DNA of 32,000 nucleotides from Candidatus Heimdallarchaeota archaeon B3_Heim (GCA_003144275.1 NJBF01000040.1:723-32722), one strand, 5' to 3'. Counted from the first letter of the stretch, positions 16,853 through 26,471 are shown. Numbers and translations: made by a program. The notes: generated from the letters alone by a model not told the origin.

Positions 16853-17838
16853 CTCTTTTCCAAAAATAGATTATTTTTCACTCGATATTCACTGAGGATA
16901 CGTGTTTGAATTTTCTTATCATTCCCATTTTTTGAAATGAAATTATGGATAATATCTGAACATTTATTCCGATCTACCCCTTCTTTAAGCAATATTCTTA
17001 CGAATATTTGTACAATTATCTGTATTACGATGATGGAAGGATTTTTTGAATAGAGGTGATTTTTATGAATGAACAGTAACGTTTGTGAGTTCAAGGAAGA
17101 GATCTCAATTGACTGATCTAGTGATAATTGCTTTCTTACCTTTGTGGAACTCTCAAATTGAAATTTCTTTTGTAAAGGTAAGAAAATTATATTATCAGTC
17201 TCTTTTATCGCATTCTGAGATTCAGATGGGAGTGAATTGATATAGAATAAGAAATCGTCAATATCTACGATATCTCCTCTCCCTGCAACAATGTAATCAG
17301 TTTGAAAAATCTCAGGAAGAATATCTCTCAGTGGTTTGGAATAATAGACCCCCTGGAATAATTTGTCAAATACATCAATGCCCATAATATAGGTGTTTTT
17401 ACTTAATTTTTGTAACAATCGCTTAATGGCTACTGTTAGATCAATATATCGTCCACTGTTGGAAATTCCAATCATCCATGGTACACTAAGATCTGTTTGT
17501 GACAACAAACTTTCCAACATTTCAACACGTAAGCCTAATAATGAGTGAATGAATAAATCTGTCTCCTTTTCCACGTGAGACAGCGAAAGAAGAACCATGA
17601 GAGCTACTTTAGCATTAGGTAATTGTTTTTGATATAAAGAAATTGATTGATTGATTAATTCAGTATGAGAAAGGAGTGGGGGGTCAAAAGATCCCTGAAT
17701 AACCAATATATGATCATAATGGTTACTGTCTGTATTGCCCCTTACTATGTGAATAAGAGGCCCTTGGGTCTTGAAATCTTGTAGAAGTTTTTGGGCTATC
17801 CACTCTACTTCAATAGTCGATTTTAGATACTTTTCCAT
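16813..17838 (-). CDS. HIGH-superfamily nucleotidyltransferase, NMN/NaMN adenylyltransferase-like (Pof1-like)
   Basis: GSFDPPLLSH, LLSLSHVEK, RVEML, YIMGIDVFDKLF..VYY, VAGRGD and ESSTKVR. Confidence 0.75.
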   Translation of the reverse strand: MEKYLKSTIEVEWIAQKLLQDFKTQGPLIHIVRGNTDSNHYDHILVIQGSFDPPLLSHTELINQSISLYQKQLPNAKVALMVLLSLSHVEKETDLFIHSLLGLRVEMLESLLSQTDLSVPWMIGISNSGRYIDLTVAIKRLLQKLSKNTYIMGIDVFDKLFQGVYYSKPLRDILPEIFQTDYIVAGRGDIVDIDDFLFYINSLPSESQNAIKETDNIIFLPLQKKFQFESSTKVRKQLSLDQSIEISSLNSQTLLFIHKNHLYSKNPSIIVIQIIVQIFVRILLKEGVDRNKCSDIIHNFISKNGNDKKIQTRILSEYRVKNNLFLEKRCYELLKEHSLIN

Positions 17839-18002
17839 CTATTTTCTCCACGTAATAACAAAAAAAATCAGGTAACTGTTTCAATCTGTTATCAGAAAAC
17901 ACGAGTTAAAATATTCGTGTGTGACTCAAAAGGACAAACCCAAACCTTTTTTCTCATAGCTTAAAACTCGCTATTCGCTATCTATTATGGAAGTGTCAAT
18001 CA

Positions 18003-19082
18003 ATGATTGAAGAAACAGAATTTCTAGACTTGTTTATTCCAGGACCAGTTAATGTATCAAAGGATAGTCGTGAAATGATGACTTATCCAATGATTGCTCA
18101 TCGAAGTAATACCATGAGCGAATTACATAATGATATCGCACATTACTTGCAGAAAATGCTCTTTACTACCAACCAGATAATTCTCTCTACTTCTTCATCA
18201 ACGGGATTAATGGAAGCAGCGATGCGGAATTGTGTAAATAAGAATTCAGTACTAAATGTAGTAAACGGGGCATTTGCTGAACGATGGAGTAAAATCGGTT
18301 CGGCAAACGGAAAAAAAACGGATATTCTACAAATTGACTGGGGAAAGGCAGTAACACCTAAACAATTACAAGAAAAGCTTGAAAGTAATACATACGACGC
18401 AGTCTGTCTAACACATAATGAGACATCAACTGGCGTTGCTACACCACTTCAAGATTTATATAAAACTGTTAAAGACAATAATTGTCTTCTTCTGGTTGAT
18501 GCTGTATCTGGGGCAGGTGGATTAGAGGCCCGAATTGATGATTGGGAGATCGACGTTTACCTATTTGGACTTCAAAAATGTATTGCCCTCTCTCCAGGTC
18601 TAGCTGTTGCCTCAGTGTCAGATGCTGCATTAGAGATGGCAAAAAAAACTCCAAATCGAGGATTATATTTTGACTTCTTAGATCTCAAGAAATATCATGA
18701 TCGTGGCATGCAACCAGCGACCCCTGTTATTCCTATCTACTATCAACTTCAATACAAGCTCCATCAGATCGTTGATGAAGAAGGAATAGAAAACCGGTGG
18801 GCACGACATCAACAATTGGCAGATTATACCCGAGATTGGGTGAAAAGTAAGAAGTTGTCACTATTTGCAGAGGAGGCGGTTGCTTCAAATACCGTTACCT
18901 GTGTAAACAGTAAAGGTATTGATGTAGCAAAGCTCAAAGCAGATCTCATGAAAAAAGGCTATTTCTTCGCAACAGGATATGGAAAATTCAAAGAAACTAA
19001 TTTTCGTATTGCACACATGGGGGATCGTACATTAGACGAAGTGAAAGCCTATTTAACCACAATTGAAGAATTGACGAGTTAA
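18003..19082 (+). CDS. Class V PLP-dependent aminotransferase (alanine-glyoxylate/serine-pyruvate family)
   Basis: LFIPGP, SSSTGLMEA, NGAFAERW, THNETSTGV, VDAVS, PLP-lysine GLQKCIALSPGL and FRIAHMG. Confidence 0.92.
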   Translation: MIEETEFLDLFIPGPVNVSKDSREMMTYPMIAHRSNTMSELHNDIAHYLQKMLFTTNQIILSTSSSTGLMEAAMRNCVNKNSVLNVVNGAFAERWSKIGSANGKKTDILQIDWGKAVTPKQLQEKLESNTYDAVCLTHNETSTGVATPLQDLYKTVKDNNCLLLVDAVSGAGGLEARIDDWEIDVYLFGLQKCIALSPGLAVASVSDAALEMAKKTPNRGLYFDFLDLKKYHDRGMQPATPVIPIYYQLQYKLHQIVDEEGIENRWARHQQLADYTRDWVKSKKLSLFAEEAVASNTVTCVNSKGIDVAKLKADLMKKGYFFATGYGKFKETNFRIAHMGDRTLDEVKAYLTTIEELTS

Positions 19083-19253
19083 ATTAATGAGAATTTAGAG
19101 CTACTTATGATTTCAATTGTGCTTATATCGCATCAAGAGAGACAGAGGTTACTTCAAATAAGACCGTCAGAATTCGCAGATGTTATAAAGGCTTAAATTT
19201 TGATGACAGGTACTACTATTCAAAAATGAGATTAACGTCGGACAGTATCAGCA

Positions 19254-21566
19254 GTGGCTGAAATATTTGATGCAATCATCCTTGGCAAAGTAAATCCTTT
19301 CCGGAGTACCTCAATTGGGGATCCTTGGCAGACGGATGTAATTGATGTACCTGAGTACAACGAGAAAGCAACACGTATCGTACTGGAAACTCTAGATGAA
19401 GTACGTTCCACAGGACGATCAGGTATGTGCATGATCTTAGGGGATGCTGGAGTAGGTAAAACACATGTTCTAGCGCGTTTACGTCGCATTGCTGAAGAAA
19501 ATAAGTACTTATTTGTGAGTGTACGCCCTCTTGGTGACCTAACCAGAATTTACGGCCATATTCTCCAAGAATTGATGATATCTCTCAGAAAAAAGGATGA
19601 GGAGGATCAATACAGCCCATTAGAACATTTTATTGGTGATGTTATTTCACGGGCATTAAGCGATGGTCTGCCAGATAACCCTTCAGCGCAACATCTAGCC
19701 TCCAGCTTTGACCAAAATCCGATGAAAATCTTTTCTTATAAGCCTGAACGATTCTATTCATCAAATCTGAGGAAAATGGCTATCAATTATCTCGCTTCTT
19801 CCGCTCCCGACATCGATATACAATTTTTAGAAGTTCTGTTCCATGTTCTGAACCCCACCATGCGTGCTACAGCTTTCAAGTGGTTATCTGGGATAGAAAT
19901 TTCCCAAAAAGATTTGGATAGATTAGAAGTTCCTCATTCGATTAATTCCGAGAATCGAGCATTATCGATCATTCAAACAATAGCCTCACTCGCTCAAAGA
20001 CCTATCTTACTTTCATTTGACCAATTAGAGTCAATATATATTCGTTTTAAGCGTGATAATGGCATTCAACTTTTATTTGATTCATTAACTAATCTATATA
20101 ACCAATGTCGGCATCTTCTCGTTCTTGCTATGTGTCAATCACTTGTTTGGAATGAATCCATCACCAAAGAAGTTCCAGAATATGCCCGTCAGCGTATTGA
20201 CTATATCACACGTCTAGAACGGTTGTCACACAAAAATGCGGTGGCTTTAGTTAAAGCACGTTTTGATACCATGTTTTTAGATTCGGGAGTTATCCCTCCG
20301 TACGCTACTTACCCCTTTAAAGATGATTTTATTGCTAAAACCGCTGATAAAACCGATGGAAATCCACGATTGTTCCTTCGACATTTAAGGGATCGAATAA
20401 ACGAATTTAAAGATCAAGGAGAAATCCGAGAACTTACAGTGGTAGATATTACAACAGAAGTTCAAAAGGAAGCTGTTGCTGGGGTTCCCCCTATGACTCC
20501 GGATGAGGTTGTTTCGGCAGCTTCTTCGTCGCTTTCTCAAGATAGCGTAAATGCTTTACAATCCTTATCTGAAGTAGAGAAAGAAGCTCTTACCGGATTA
20601 TTCACTGAACCAGATATGATGTCGGTCGAACCAGCTCCACTAGCCACAAGAGCTGAAGAAGCATTAGAAGTTTTAGATGATTTGGCCCCAGTGATGCCTT
20701 CTTCATCAACACCAACTGAAATAATTTCTTTTCTCGAATCAAAATGGGCAAAATATGCCCAAGAATTTGAAATGGAAATATTTGCTTTTCCCCATCCAGT
20801 TCGCCGAGATTTCTGCAAGGGAGTTCTTTATGAAATCTTAAACGCAGCCATCGAGAAAAAGCGTCCGATTTATGGAATCAATCTACTGAACGTGCGCATC
20901 GATCGGAATCTTGTTGAGAAAGATACCAAAGGATTGGACCTTGTATTTACATATCAAACTCCTCGTGGGCCAACTTCAGTGGGCATTGAAATAAATAACA
21001 GTGAACACGGCTCCACAGTATTTCAGAGTCTTCGTCGGTTAAAAAAATTAGTAAAGGGTAATATTCGGTATGCCTTTATTCTCAGAGATGAAGAATTGTC
21101 TCTACAAAGGACCGCTACAAAATCTTTGGATCTCGCTGAATCTTTAACCGATTATGGCGGTCTCTATTACATAGATTTTCTATCAAATCAAGCTTTACTC
21201 GCTACGAAGAAATTACTTGATCTAGCGTCTGCTGGCGATTTAGTTTTAGGATCACAGACTGTAAGTAGAAATCAAGCATTATCATTTATCTTTGAGGAAT
21301 GTTTAAGTCGAATAACAATTTTTCAAACAGTATTCTCTCATTTACAATCTTCTCAGGAACCCGGTGTTCGAAGAACGGGTTACACGTCCGAATCATCTGA
21401 AGCAGTTGAAGCAATTGTCACCATTCTGAAATTTAATCCTAGGATGACAACTGATCGTTTATGTATGCTTCTCAATCGTAATGAGCAAGAATTAAACCCG
21501 ATTCTAAAAATGCTTGCCATCCGCGGTTTGATTTCATTCGATGGCAAAAATATTAATTTGCTTTAA
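19254..21566 (+). CDS. STAND/ORC-Cdc6-like P-loop ATPase with acidic linker, restriction-endonuclease-like domain and C-terminal winged helix
   Basis: Walker A GDAGVGKT, Walker B LSFDQLE, helical-domain motifs TYPF and GNPR; LDLVF...GIEINN; terminal HTH with wing (RMTTDRLCMLL...LAIRGLISFDG). Confidence 0.75.
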   Translation: MAEIFDAIILGKVNPFRSTSIGDPWQTDVIDVPEYNEKATRIVLETLDEVRSTGRSGMCMILGDAGVGKTHVLARLRRIAEENKYLFVSVRPLGDLTRIYGHILQELMISLRKKDEEDQYSPLEHFIGDVISRALSDGLPDNPSAQHLASSFDQNPMKIFSYKPERFYSSNLRKMAINYLASSAPDIDIQFLEVLFHVLNPTMRATAFKWLSGIEISQKDLDRLEVPHSINSENRALSIIQTIASLAQRPILLSFDQLESIYIRFKRDNGIQLLFDSLTNLYNQCRHLLVLAMCQSLVWNESITKEVPEYARQRIDYITRLERLSHKNAVALVKARFDTMFLDSGVIPPYATYPFKDDFIAKTADKTDGNPRLFLRHLRDRINEFKDQGEIRELTVVDITTEVQKEAVAGVPPMTPDEVVSAASSSLSQDSVNALQSLSEVEKEALTGLFTEPDMMSVEPAPLATRAEEALEVLDDLAPVMPSSSTPTEIISFLESKWAKYAQEFEMEIFAFPHPVRRDFCKGVLYEILNAAIEKKRPIYGINLLNVRIDRNLVEKDTKGLDLVFTYQTPRGPTSVGIEINNSEHGSTVFQSLRRLKKLVKGNIRYAFILRDEELSLQRTATKSLDLAESLTDYGGLYYIDFLSNQALLATKKLLDLASAGDLVLGSQTVSRNQALSFIFEECLSRITIFQTVFSHLQSSQEPGVRRTGYTSESSEAVEAIVTILKFNPRMTTDRLCMLLNRNEQELNPILKMLAIRGLISFDGKNINLL

Positions 21567-21583
21567 ATCCAAGAAAATTAAAA

Positions 21584-22045
21584 TTATGAGATTTCCCATG
21601 GCTTAAACGCAAATTTTTGGGGAAATCGTTTTCGTTCTATGAAAAATTGCCCTTTTTTGGTTATCAGAGATAAAAATTCTAGCTCCTTTTGAGTTTCTGC
21701 TGTATCCCGTCCATTAATAGATATTAATTCTTCGATTGGGACAAAATCATTAGAAAGATTTTGAATTAAGAGATCAAGTCCTTTAATATAATCAATTCGA
21801 ATTCTTGATTGATTACGTTCTATGTTAAATGGAGAAACAATAATTTTCCAATTTCCATCGGATTCAACAACTTTTCCAAAGGAAGTTAGATAAACCATCA
21901 ATTTAAGTACTTCACTTGCATCTGGACTGCAAGATCCAATCGTTCGAGCAATTTGAAAGGAGGAAAGTCCTTTATCAATTCCTTCAAACATTTCAACGAT
22001 TCGTGGCATCCATTTAAAAGGATATTTACGCTCATCGATTCTCAT
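21584..22045 (-). CDS. Small protein with two tandem winged-helix-like repeats
   Basis: 153 aa with two similar units: SSFQIARTIG...LKLMVYLTSFGKV and PIEELISING...LEFLSLITKKGQF. Confidence 0.65.
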   Translation of the reverse strand: MRIDERKYPFKWMPRIVEMFEGIDKGLSSFQIARTIGSCSPDASEVLKLMVYLTSFGKVVESDGNWKIIVSPFNIERNQSRIRIDYIKGLDLLIQNLSNDFVPIEELISINGRDTAETQKELEFLSLITKKGQFFIERKRFPQKFAFKPWEIS

Positions 22046-22111
22046 AACTGCTCTCCACGTTATACTATGTCATTCGAAAGATAATTCGACAGTTGAGACT
22101 CCAATTATTAG

Positions 22112-22345
22112 ATATTCTTTAGATTTTTCGTACACATCGGTTCTTCCTCGAAAAATGTAATAGTTAAAGAAATATGGTCGTCAGGAGTAATGGGTGAGAA
22201 TACTAAAGAACATTCACTATTTCTCCAGTTGTCCAATGAACGAATTTTAATCGTAACAGGATGTAGTCACCCGTCTCTAACTCAATTTTTGAATAGTGCA
22301 CGTACTTTAGACAAAAACCACGGTATTTTAGATAGGTTTCATTAG
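22112..22345 (+). pseudogene. Fragment of an MBL-fold metallo-hydrolase gene
   Basis: Manual translation gives ...EIWSSGVMGENTKEHSLFLQLSNERILIVTGCSHPSLTQFLNSARTLDKNHGILDRFH*, matching the EQSL...VITGCSHPG...IGGFH pattern. The N-terminal HxHxDH motif is absent and the frame is bounded by stops. Confidence 0.7.
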
Positions 22346-22386
22346 CTTAAAGAATTACTAATGATCATAATAAATCTCATTATACT

Positions 22387-23184
22387 TTAATCAGGTGTAA
22401 TCGGCCGATAACCCTCCAGATCAAGGGTGACATAGCGATAACCCAATTTTTTCAACTCCTGTACGATCAAGGTGATATCTTTTGTGCAGATATCTTTAAT
22501 CGACTCTGGAGCTAACTCAATACGTGCAAGATTTCCATGATTACGTATTCTTAGCTGGGATGATAAGTTTAATGTCCGTAGGAAGGTTTCAGCATTTTCT
22601 ACTCGTGTTAGACCTTTAATCGATATATCTTCTCCATACGGAATTCTTGAAGCAAGACACGCCATCGCAGGTTTCTTCGCAACGGATAATTCATAAAATT
22701 CAGCAATTTGCCGAACTTCCAGTTTAGTAAGTCCACCTTGGCGTAAAGGGCTGTATACAGATAAAGTTTCAAGAGCTTTCAATCCTGGCCTATGACCATC
22801 TGTATCAGAGGCGTTAGTCCCATCAACAACAATTTCATAGCCTTCTCTCATCGCTAAATCATGTAATTGTGAAAAAATTAATCTCTTACAATGAAAACAA
22901 CGATCAGGAGGGTTTTTCCAGAAAATATGCTCCTTATTCACCTTTACATTTAACACTTCATGAGGGAGATCCAGTTGGTTCGCAATTTCCTTTGCTTCGT
23001 CTATTTCCTGCCTTGATATCCACTCAGAAGTGACCGTAATAAGTTTTAAATTGCTAGTAACGTCTTGTATAATTCTAGCAACGACAGTACTATCAACTCC
23101 TCCCGAAAAAGCAATAAGAACCGCTTTACCAACGAGAGGAGAAATGGCTTGAGTAATTTTATATTTTAGTGCAGTTGTTAACAT
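22387..23184 (-). CDS. larE: LarE-family ATP-dependent sulfur transferase
   Basis: PP-loop AFSGGVDS, DRCFHCK, DGTNASD..GHRPG, SPL, KPAMACLASRIPYG, RIRNHGNLARIE and LDLEGYR; SD AGGAG upstream. Confidence 0.88.
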   Translation of the reverse strand: MLTTALKYKITQAISPLVGKAVLIAFSGGVDSTVVARIIQDVTSNLKLITVTSEWISRQEIDEAKEIANQLDLPHEVLNVKVNKEHIFWKNPPDRCFHCKRLIFSQLHDLAMREGYEIVVDGTNASDTDGHRPGLKALETLSVYSPLRQGGLTKLEVRQIAEFYELSVAKKPAMACLASRIPYGEDISIKGLTRVENAETFLRTLNLSSQLRIRNHGNLARIELAPESIKDICTKDITLIVQELKKLGYRYVTLDLEGYRPITPD

Positions 23185-23201
23185 AATTCTATACTCCTGT
23201 T

Positions 23202-24254
23202 CTATTTTTTTATTCTAGCTCCAGGAACAACATGACCAGAATACACCACTCCCCCGGAAAGCTCCATAGCTTGTTGTACTTCTTTCTCACACCCTGGACA
23301 AAAAGCAATCATACATCCTCCATTTCCACTCCCCGTTATTTTGCATCCTAATGCGCCTGCTTCTTTAGCAGCCTTAATCATCTTTTCAATCTTTGGTGTA
23401 CTAATGTGAAGAAGATCCTTGAGCGATGTGTGATGAGAATTAATTAGATCTCCAATAACTTGATGGTTAAAATTTCCTTTGTTTGTCTTAAATTCAGAGT
23501 AGGCACTTTTAGTAATATTAAAGTTCTGGACTGCAGCTGTTAGGCAGGATCGAGCATACACATCTCTAATTTCTTCAGGATTAAACTTTGACTTATCAAT
23601 ATCCATAATACTGTTTGATCCAAGTTCATGAAGAGCATTATTAACGCCTTGTTTGATCATTGCTAATGTAGTCAGAGTATCCTTTTTTTCTTGGGAATCA
23701 CCAATCAATAAGCTAGGGAATGAATCCAAAAGCTTCGTACACCGAACAGGATTAAATTCCTCATAATTGACAAAACCATGAGCAATCACCATGTGATCCT
23801 GCATTCCTCCAGGTTCATTAAATTCTACGACTTCTGCTTGATAAGCGAATTCAGTCAGTTCCATTGGAGACAATGAGTGATCAAATAGCTCGGACAAGAA
23901 TTTGAGCCATACAACTACCAAAGCACTGGAGGACGACAAACCTGCCTGAATTGGAATTCCACTCTGAATCTGAGCATTTATACCAATTTTGTGGGGAAGA
24001 ATTCCCTCTCGTTGAAGAATACGAACGCTTGACTGAAGATAAGCCCTTTCTGGGAGAGGGTTATCCATAGTTGGGGTAAATGATTCTACATATCCTAAAT
24101 CATCTAGTATTATCGAAATACGTGAACCTTGAGCTTTCTGACCACTAACTTCGATTTGTAAATCAATAGCTGCTGGGATAACTGGTAAACCTAAATAATC
24201 CTGATGTTCTCCGAAAAGTACGATTCTTCCTGGCGCAGAAGCTTTTAAAACCAT
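23202..24254 (-). CDS. GHMP-family sugar kinase (galactokinase-like)
   Basis: APGRIVLFGEHQDY, IPIQAGLSSSSA, GGMQDH and KITGSGNGGC. Confidence 0.85.
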   Translation of the reverse strand: MVLKASAPGRIVLFGEHQDYLGLPVIPAAIDLQIEVSGQKAQGSRISIILDDLGYVESFTPTMDNPLPERAYLQSSVRILQREGILPHKIGINAQIQSGIPIQAGLSSSSALVVVWLKFLSELFDHSLSPMELTEFAYQAEVVEFNEPGGMQDHMVIAHGFVNYEEFNPVRCTKLLDSFPSLLIGDSQEKKDTLTTLAMIKQGVNNALHELGSNSIMDIDKSKFNPEEIRDVYARSCLTAAVQNFNITKSAYSEFKTNKGNFNHQVIGDLINSHHTSLKDLLHISTPKIEKMIKAAKEAGALGCKITGSGNGGCMIAFCPGCEKEVQQAMELSGGVVYSGHVVPGARIKK

Positions 24255-24622
24255 TTTACTTCATCTACTAGGTGTTTAGAAGGTCACCATTGTGTAAATA
24301 TTACCTAATTCTTTGAAATCTCTCAGATTACGAAAGACCTACTTAGGTTATAAGAAAGATTTTTCGATTTTTTCGGATTTTGATGAGAAGTTCTAGATTG
24401 ATTATTTCTATGCAAATTATCGATAATTAAAACTAGGGAGGATTATGTCGGAAAATTATTGCTTATTTATGCTTTATGTCGAATCTTTTCAGGCAGAACA
24501 CAATTTATTCTCTTCTGTGAATCGTACATATGTAGTCAGTAGATTACTGACATATTATACGATATTATAAATAAGAAATCAGTGAATTATCTGAAGTTAA
24601 TCCTTTAAGTGAGAAATAGATC

Positions 24623-25003
24623 ATGACAATGAACATTTTATCAGATAACCTCCAAGAGTTAACTGTTACAGTTTTTGAATCACTTGGATTTTCCACACAT
24701 CATCCAGCTTTAATCTTTCAACACCCTCTTGCAGATTCCCGCTTGAATTTAGTAGTCAAATTACCGAATTCAACTGATTTTGTCGGAGTTGCGATAAGGG
24801 ACTTCAAACGAGTCGTGGGTATTAGACAGATAAGGTGTGTTGAAGAACTCATTGTAGCTTGTCCAGAAATTTCAAAATTAATTGTTGTTTCATCCATGGG
24901 CTTTTCTTCAGCAGCAAAAAAGCTTGCAGAAGAGTTAGATATCAGTTTAGCAACAAAAAATGAACTAATTTCAATGCTTGTCAAACGCATTGAATTATCT
25001 TAA
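24623..25003 (+). CDS. Stand-alone Mrr-cat/restriction-endonuclease-fold protein, catalytic residues apparently substituted
   Basis: LQELTVTVFESLGF, VVGIRQIR and IVVSSMGFSSAAKKLAEELDISL match the Mrr-cat scaffold. The expected D and (Q/E)xK positions read N and AIR. Confidence 0.7.
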   Translation: MTMNILSDNLQELTVTVFESLGFSTHHPALIFQHPLADSRLNLVVKLPNSTDFVGVAIRDFKRVVGIRQIRCVEELIVACPEISKLIVVSSMGFSSAAKKLAEELDISLATKNELISMLVKRIELS

Positions 25004-25022
25004 TTTTTACTACAAATATTAA

Positions 25023-26357
25023 TTAATTCTCCTTTGAGATTTGAGGTGTAATTGTCTCAATTACCTGTTGTAAATATTGCAATTGTTTTTCAGTATGAGC
25101 AAAGGATAAAGCACCAACACCATGCATACCAGTAATATGTCGATTTAACAAGGCTAATTGTGTCAAGGCCTCTTTTTTCTTGTCACCAAAATGAACAATT
25201 TCAGCAGGATCAGACCCATCTAATACTTTTGAAAGTGAATGAAGTGTAACAAGTGATTTGTGACCTACTGCTAAGTAAGAGAACTGTTTTTCAATGAAGA
25301 ACTGATTTAAATTCATAATAAGCGATGTACCAAGTTTATTGATCCGATTGTATTGTTCTGAAGAAGTTTTCAGTACATTGAGCATTTCTAAACCAGCGAT
25401 CATTGAAAGAGGGTAGCTAGAAAAGGTTCCACCACCAATCCAAACACGGTCGTGTAAAGTTGGATTCGCCTGCTCAACAATATCATGTCTTCCACCAATA
25501 GCACCGATCGGAAAACCCCCGCCAATAATTTTTCCCATTGTGGTAAGGTCAGGGTACACTCCTAATTCATTTTGGTACAATGAATTACAGAATCGATAAC
25601 CTGTAATTATTTCATCAAAGATTAAAAGAATATTATGACGTTCTGTTTCCTCCCGAAGCAGCTGTAAAAATTCAAGCTCAAGAGAAAAGCCACCTCCACC
25701 TCCCTGCACGGGTTCAACAATGATAGCAGCTAAGTCGTTCTTGTGTCGTTTTAAAATCTCTACAACAGCTTGGTCGTTAATATCTATTGATATCACTCCA
25801 GCCTCTTTATCATCTAAAATTCCTCGGGTTTCTTTTCCCGTTAATGGTGCACGTACGTCATAGAATAAGGTATCTGCTGCCCCATGCCATCCAAATTTAG
25901 CTTTAGCAACTTTTTTCTTACCAGTAAATGCACGAGCTAATCGAGTAGCATACATAGTAGCTTCTGTACCACTTGTACAAAATCTTATATTCTCTAAACT
26001 TGTATTATCTTCAATTAGCTTCTCTGCCAGCAAGACTTGATACTCCAGAACTGTTCCTAAATGCCATGTGTTCTCCAACTGTTGTTCAACTTTTTTCTGG
26101 ATTGTGGGATTGGAATAACCTGTAATCATAGCATAATGGGCTCCCCAGTAATCATCATATACTATATCATCGATATCCGTCACAGTCGCTCCATGCCCCT
26201 CCTGTATAAACGGGGGGAAAGCTCCTATAAGAGGAAGATTTAGATTCCGTATATTATGGGATACACCCCCAGCAAGAACGTTATTCGACCGGTTCCACAT
26301 TTTCTTAGAGTTTGGATGGGAAGTAATATATTTAGTCAACTCTTTCTTTAAAAACAA
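25023..26357 (-). CDS. Class III PLP aminotransferase, glutamate-1-semialdehyde aminomutase-like
   Basis: GGVSHNIR, FCTSGTEATMYATRLARAFTG, GWHG, IVEPVQG, LIFDEIITGYR, PLP-lysine TMGKIIGGGFPIGAIGG and GTFS; TTG start with AGGTGA SD. Too divergent from HemL to give the symbol. Confidence 0.85.
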   Translation of the reverse strand: MFLKKELTKYITSHPNSKKMWNRSNNVLAGGVSHNIRNLNLPLIGAFPPFIQEGHGATVTDIDDIVYDDYWGAHYAMITGYSNPTIQKKVEQQLENTWHLGTVLEYQVLLAEKLIEDNTSLENIRFCTSGTEATMYATRLARAFTGKKKVAKAKFGWHGAADTLFYDVRAPLTGKETRGILDDKEAGVISIDINDQAVVEILKRHKNDLAAIIVEPVQGGGGGFSLELEFLQLLREETERHNILLIFDEIITGYRFCNSLYQNELGVYPDLTTMGKIIGGGFPIGAIGGRHDIVEQANPTLHDRVWIGGGTFSSYPLSMIAGLEMLNVLKTSSEQYNRINKLGTSLIMNLNQFFIEKQFSYLAVGHKSLVTLHSLSKVLDGSDPAEIVHFGDKKKEALTQLALLNRHITGMHGVGALSFAHTEKQLQYLQQVIETITPQISKEN

Positions 26358-26471
26358 TTGAAAGTCACCTACTCCATGCGAATATAAGAGATTAAGCTAA
26401 TATGTGCTAATATTATTGCTGTGATTAAAAAGAAATCCGGTTAACCTATTTTCGATTATAGCTGAAATTAT

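Noticed and set aside
17899-17920. ACACGA-N10-TCGTGT inverted repeat in a divergent promoter region
   Set aside because: A 6-bp arm is expected by chance and I found no second copy.
24445-24570. 41-codon ORF behind a GGGAGG SD-like sequence
   Set aside because: No recognisable features, and its end overlaps the TATA-like element of the next gene; cannot be distinguished from chance.
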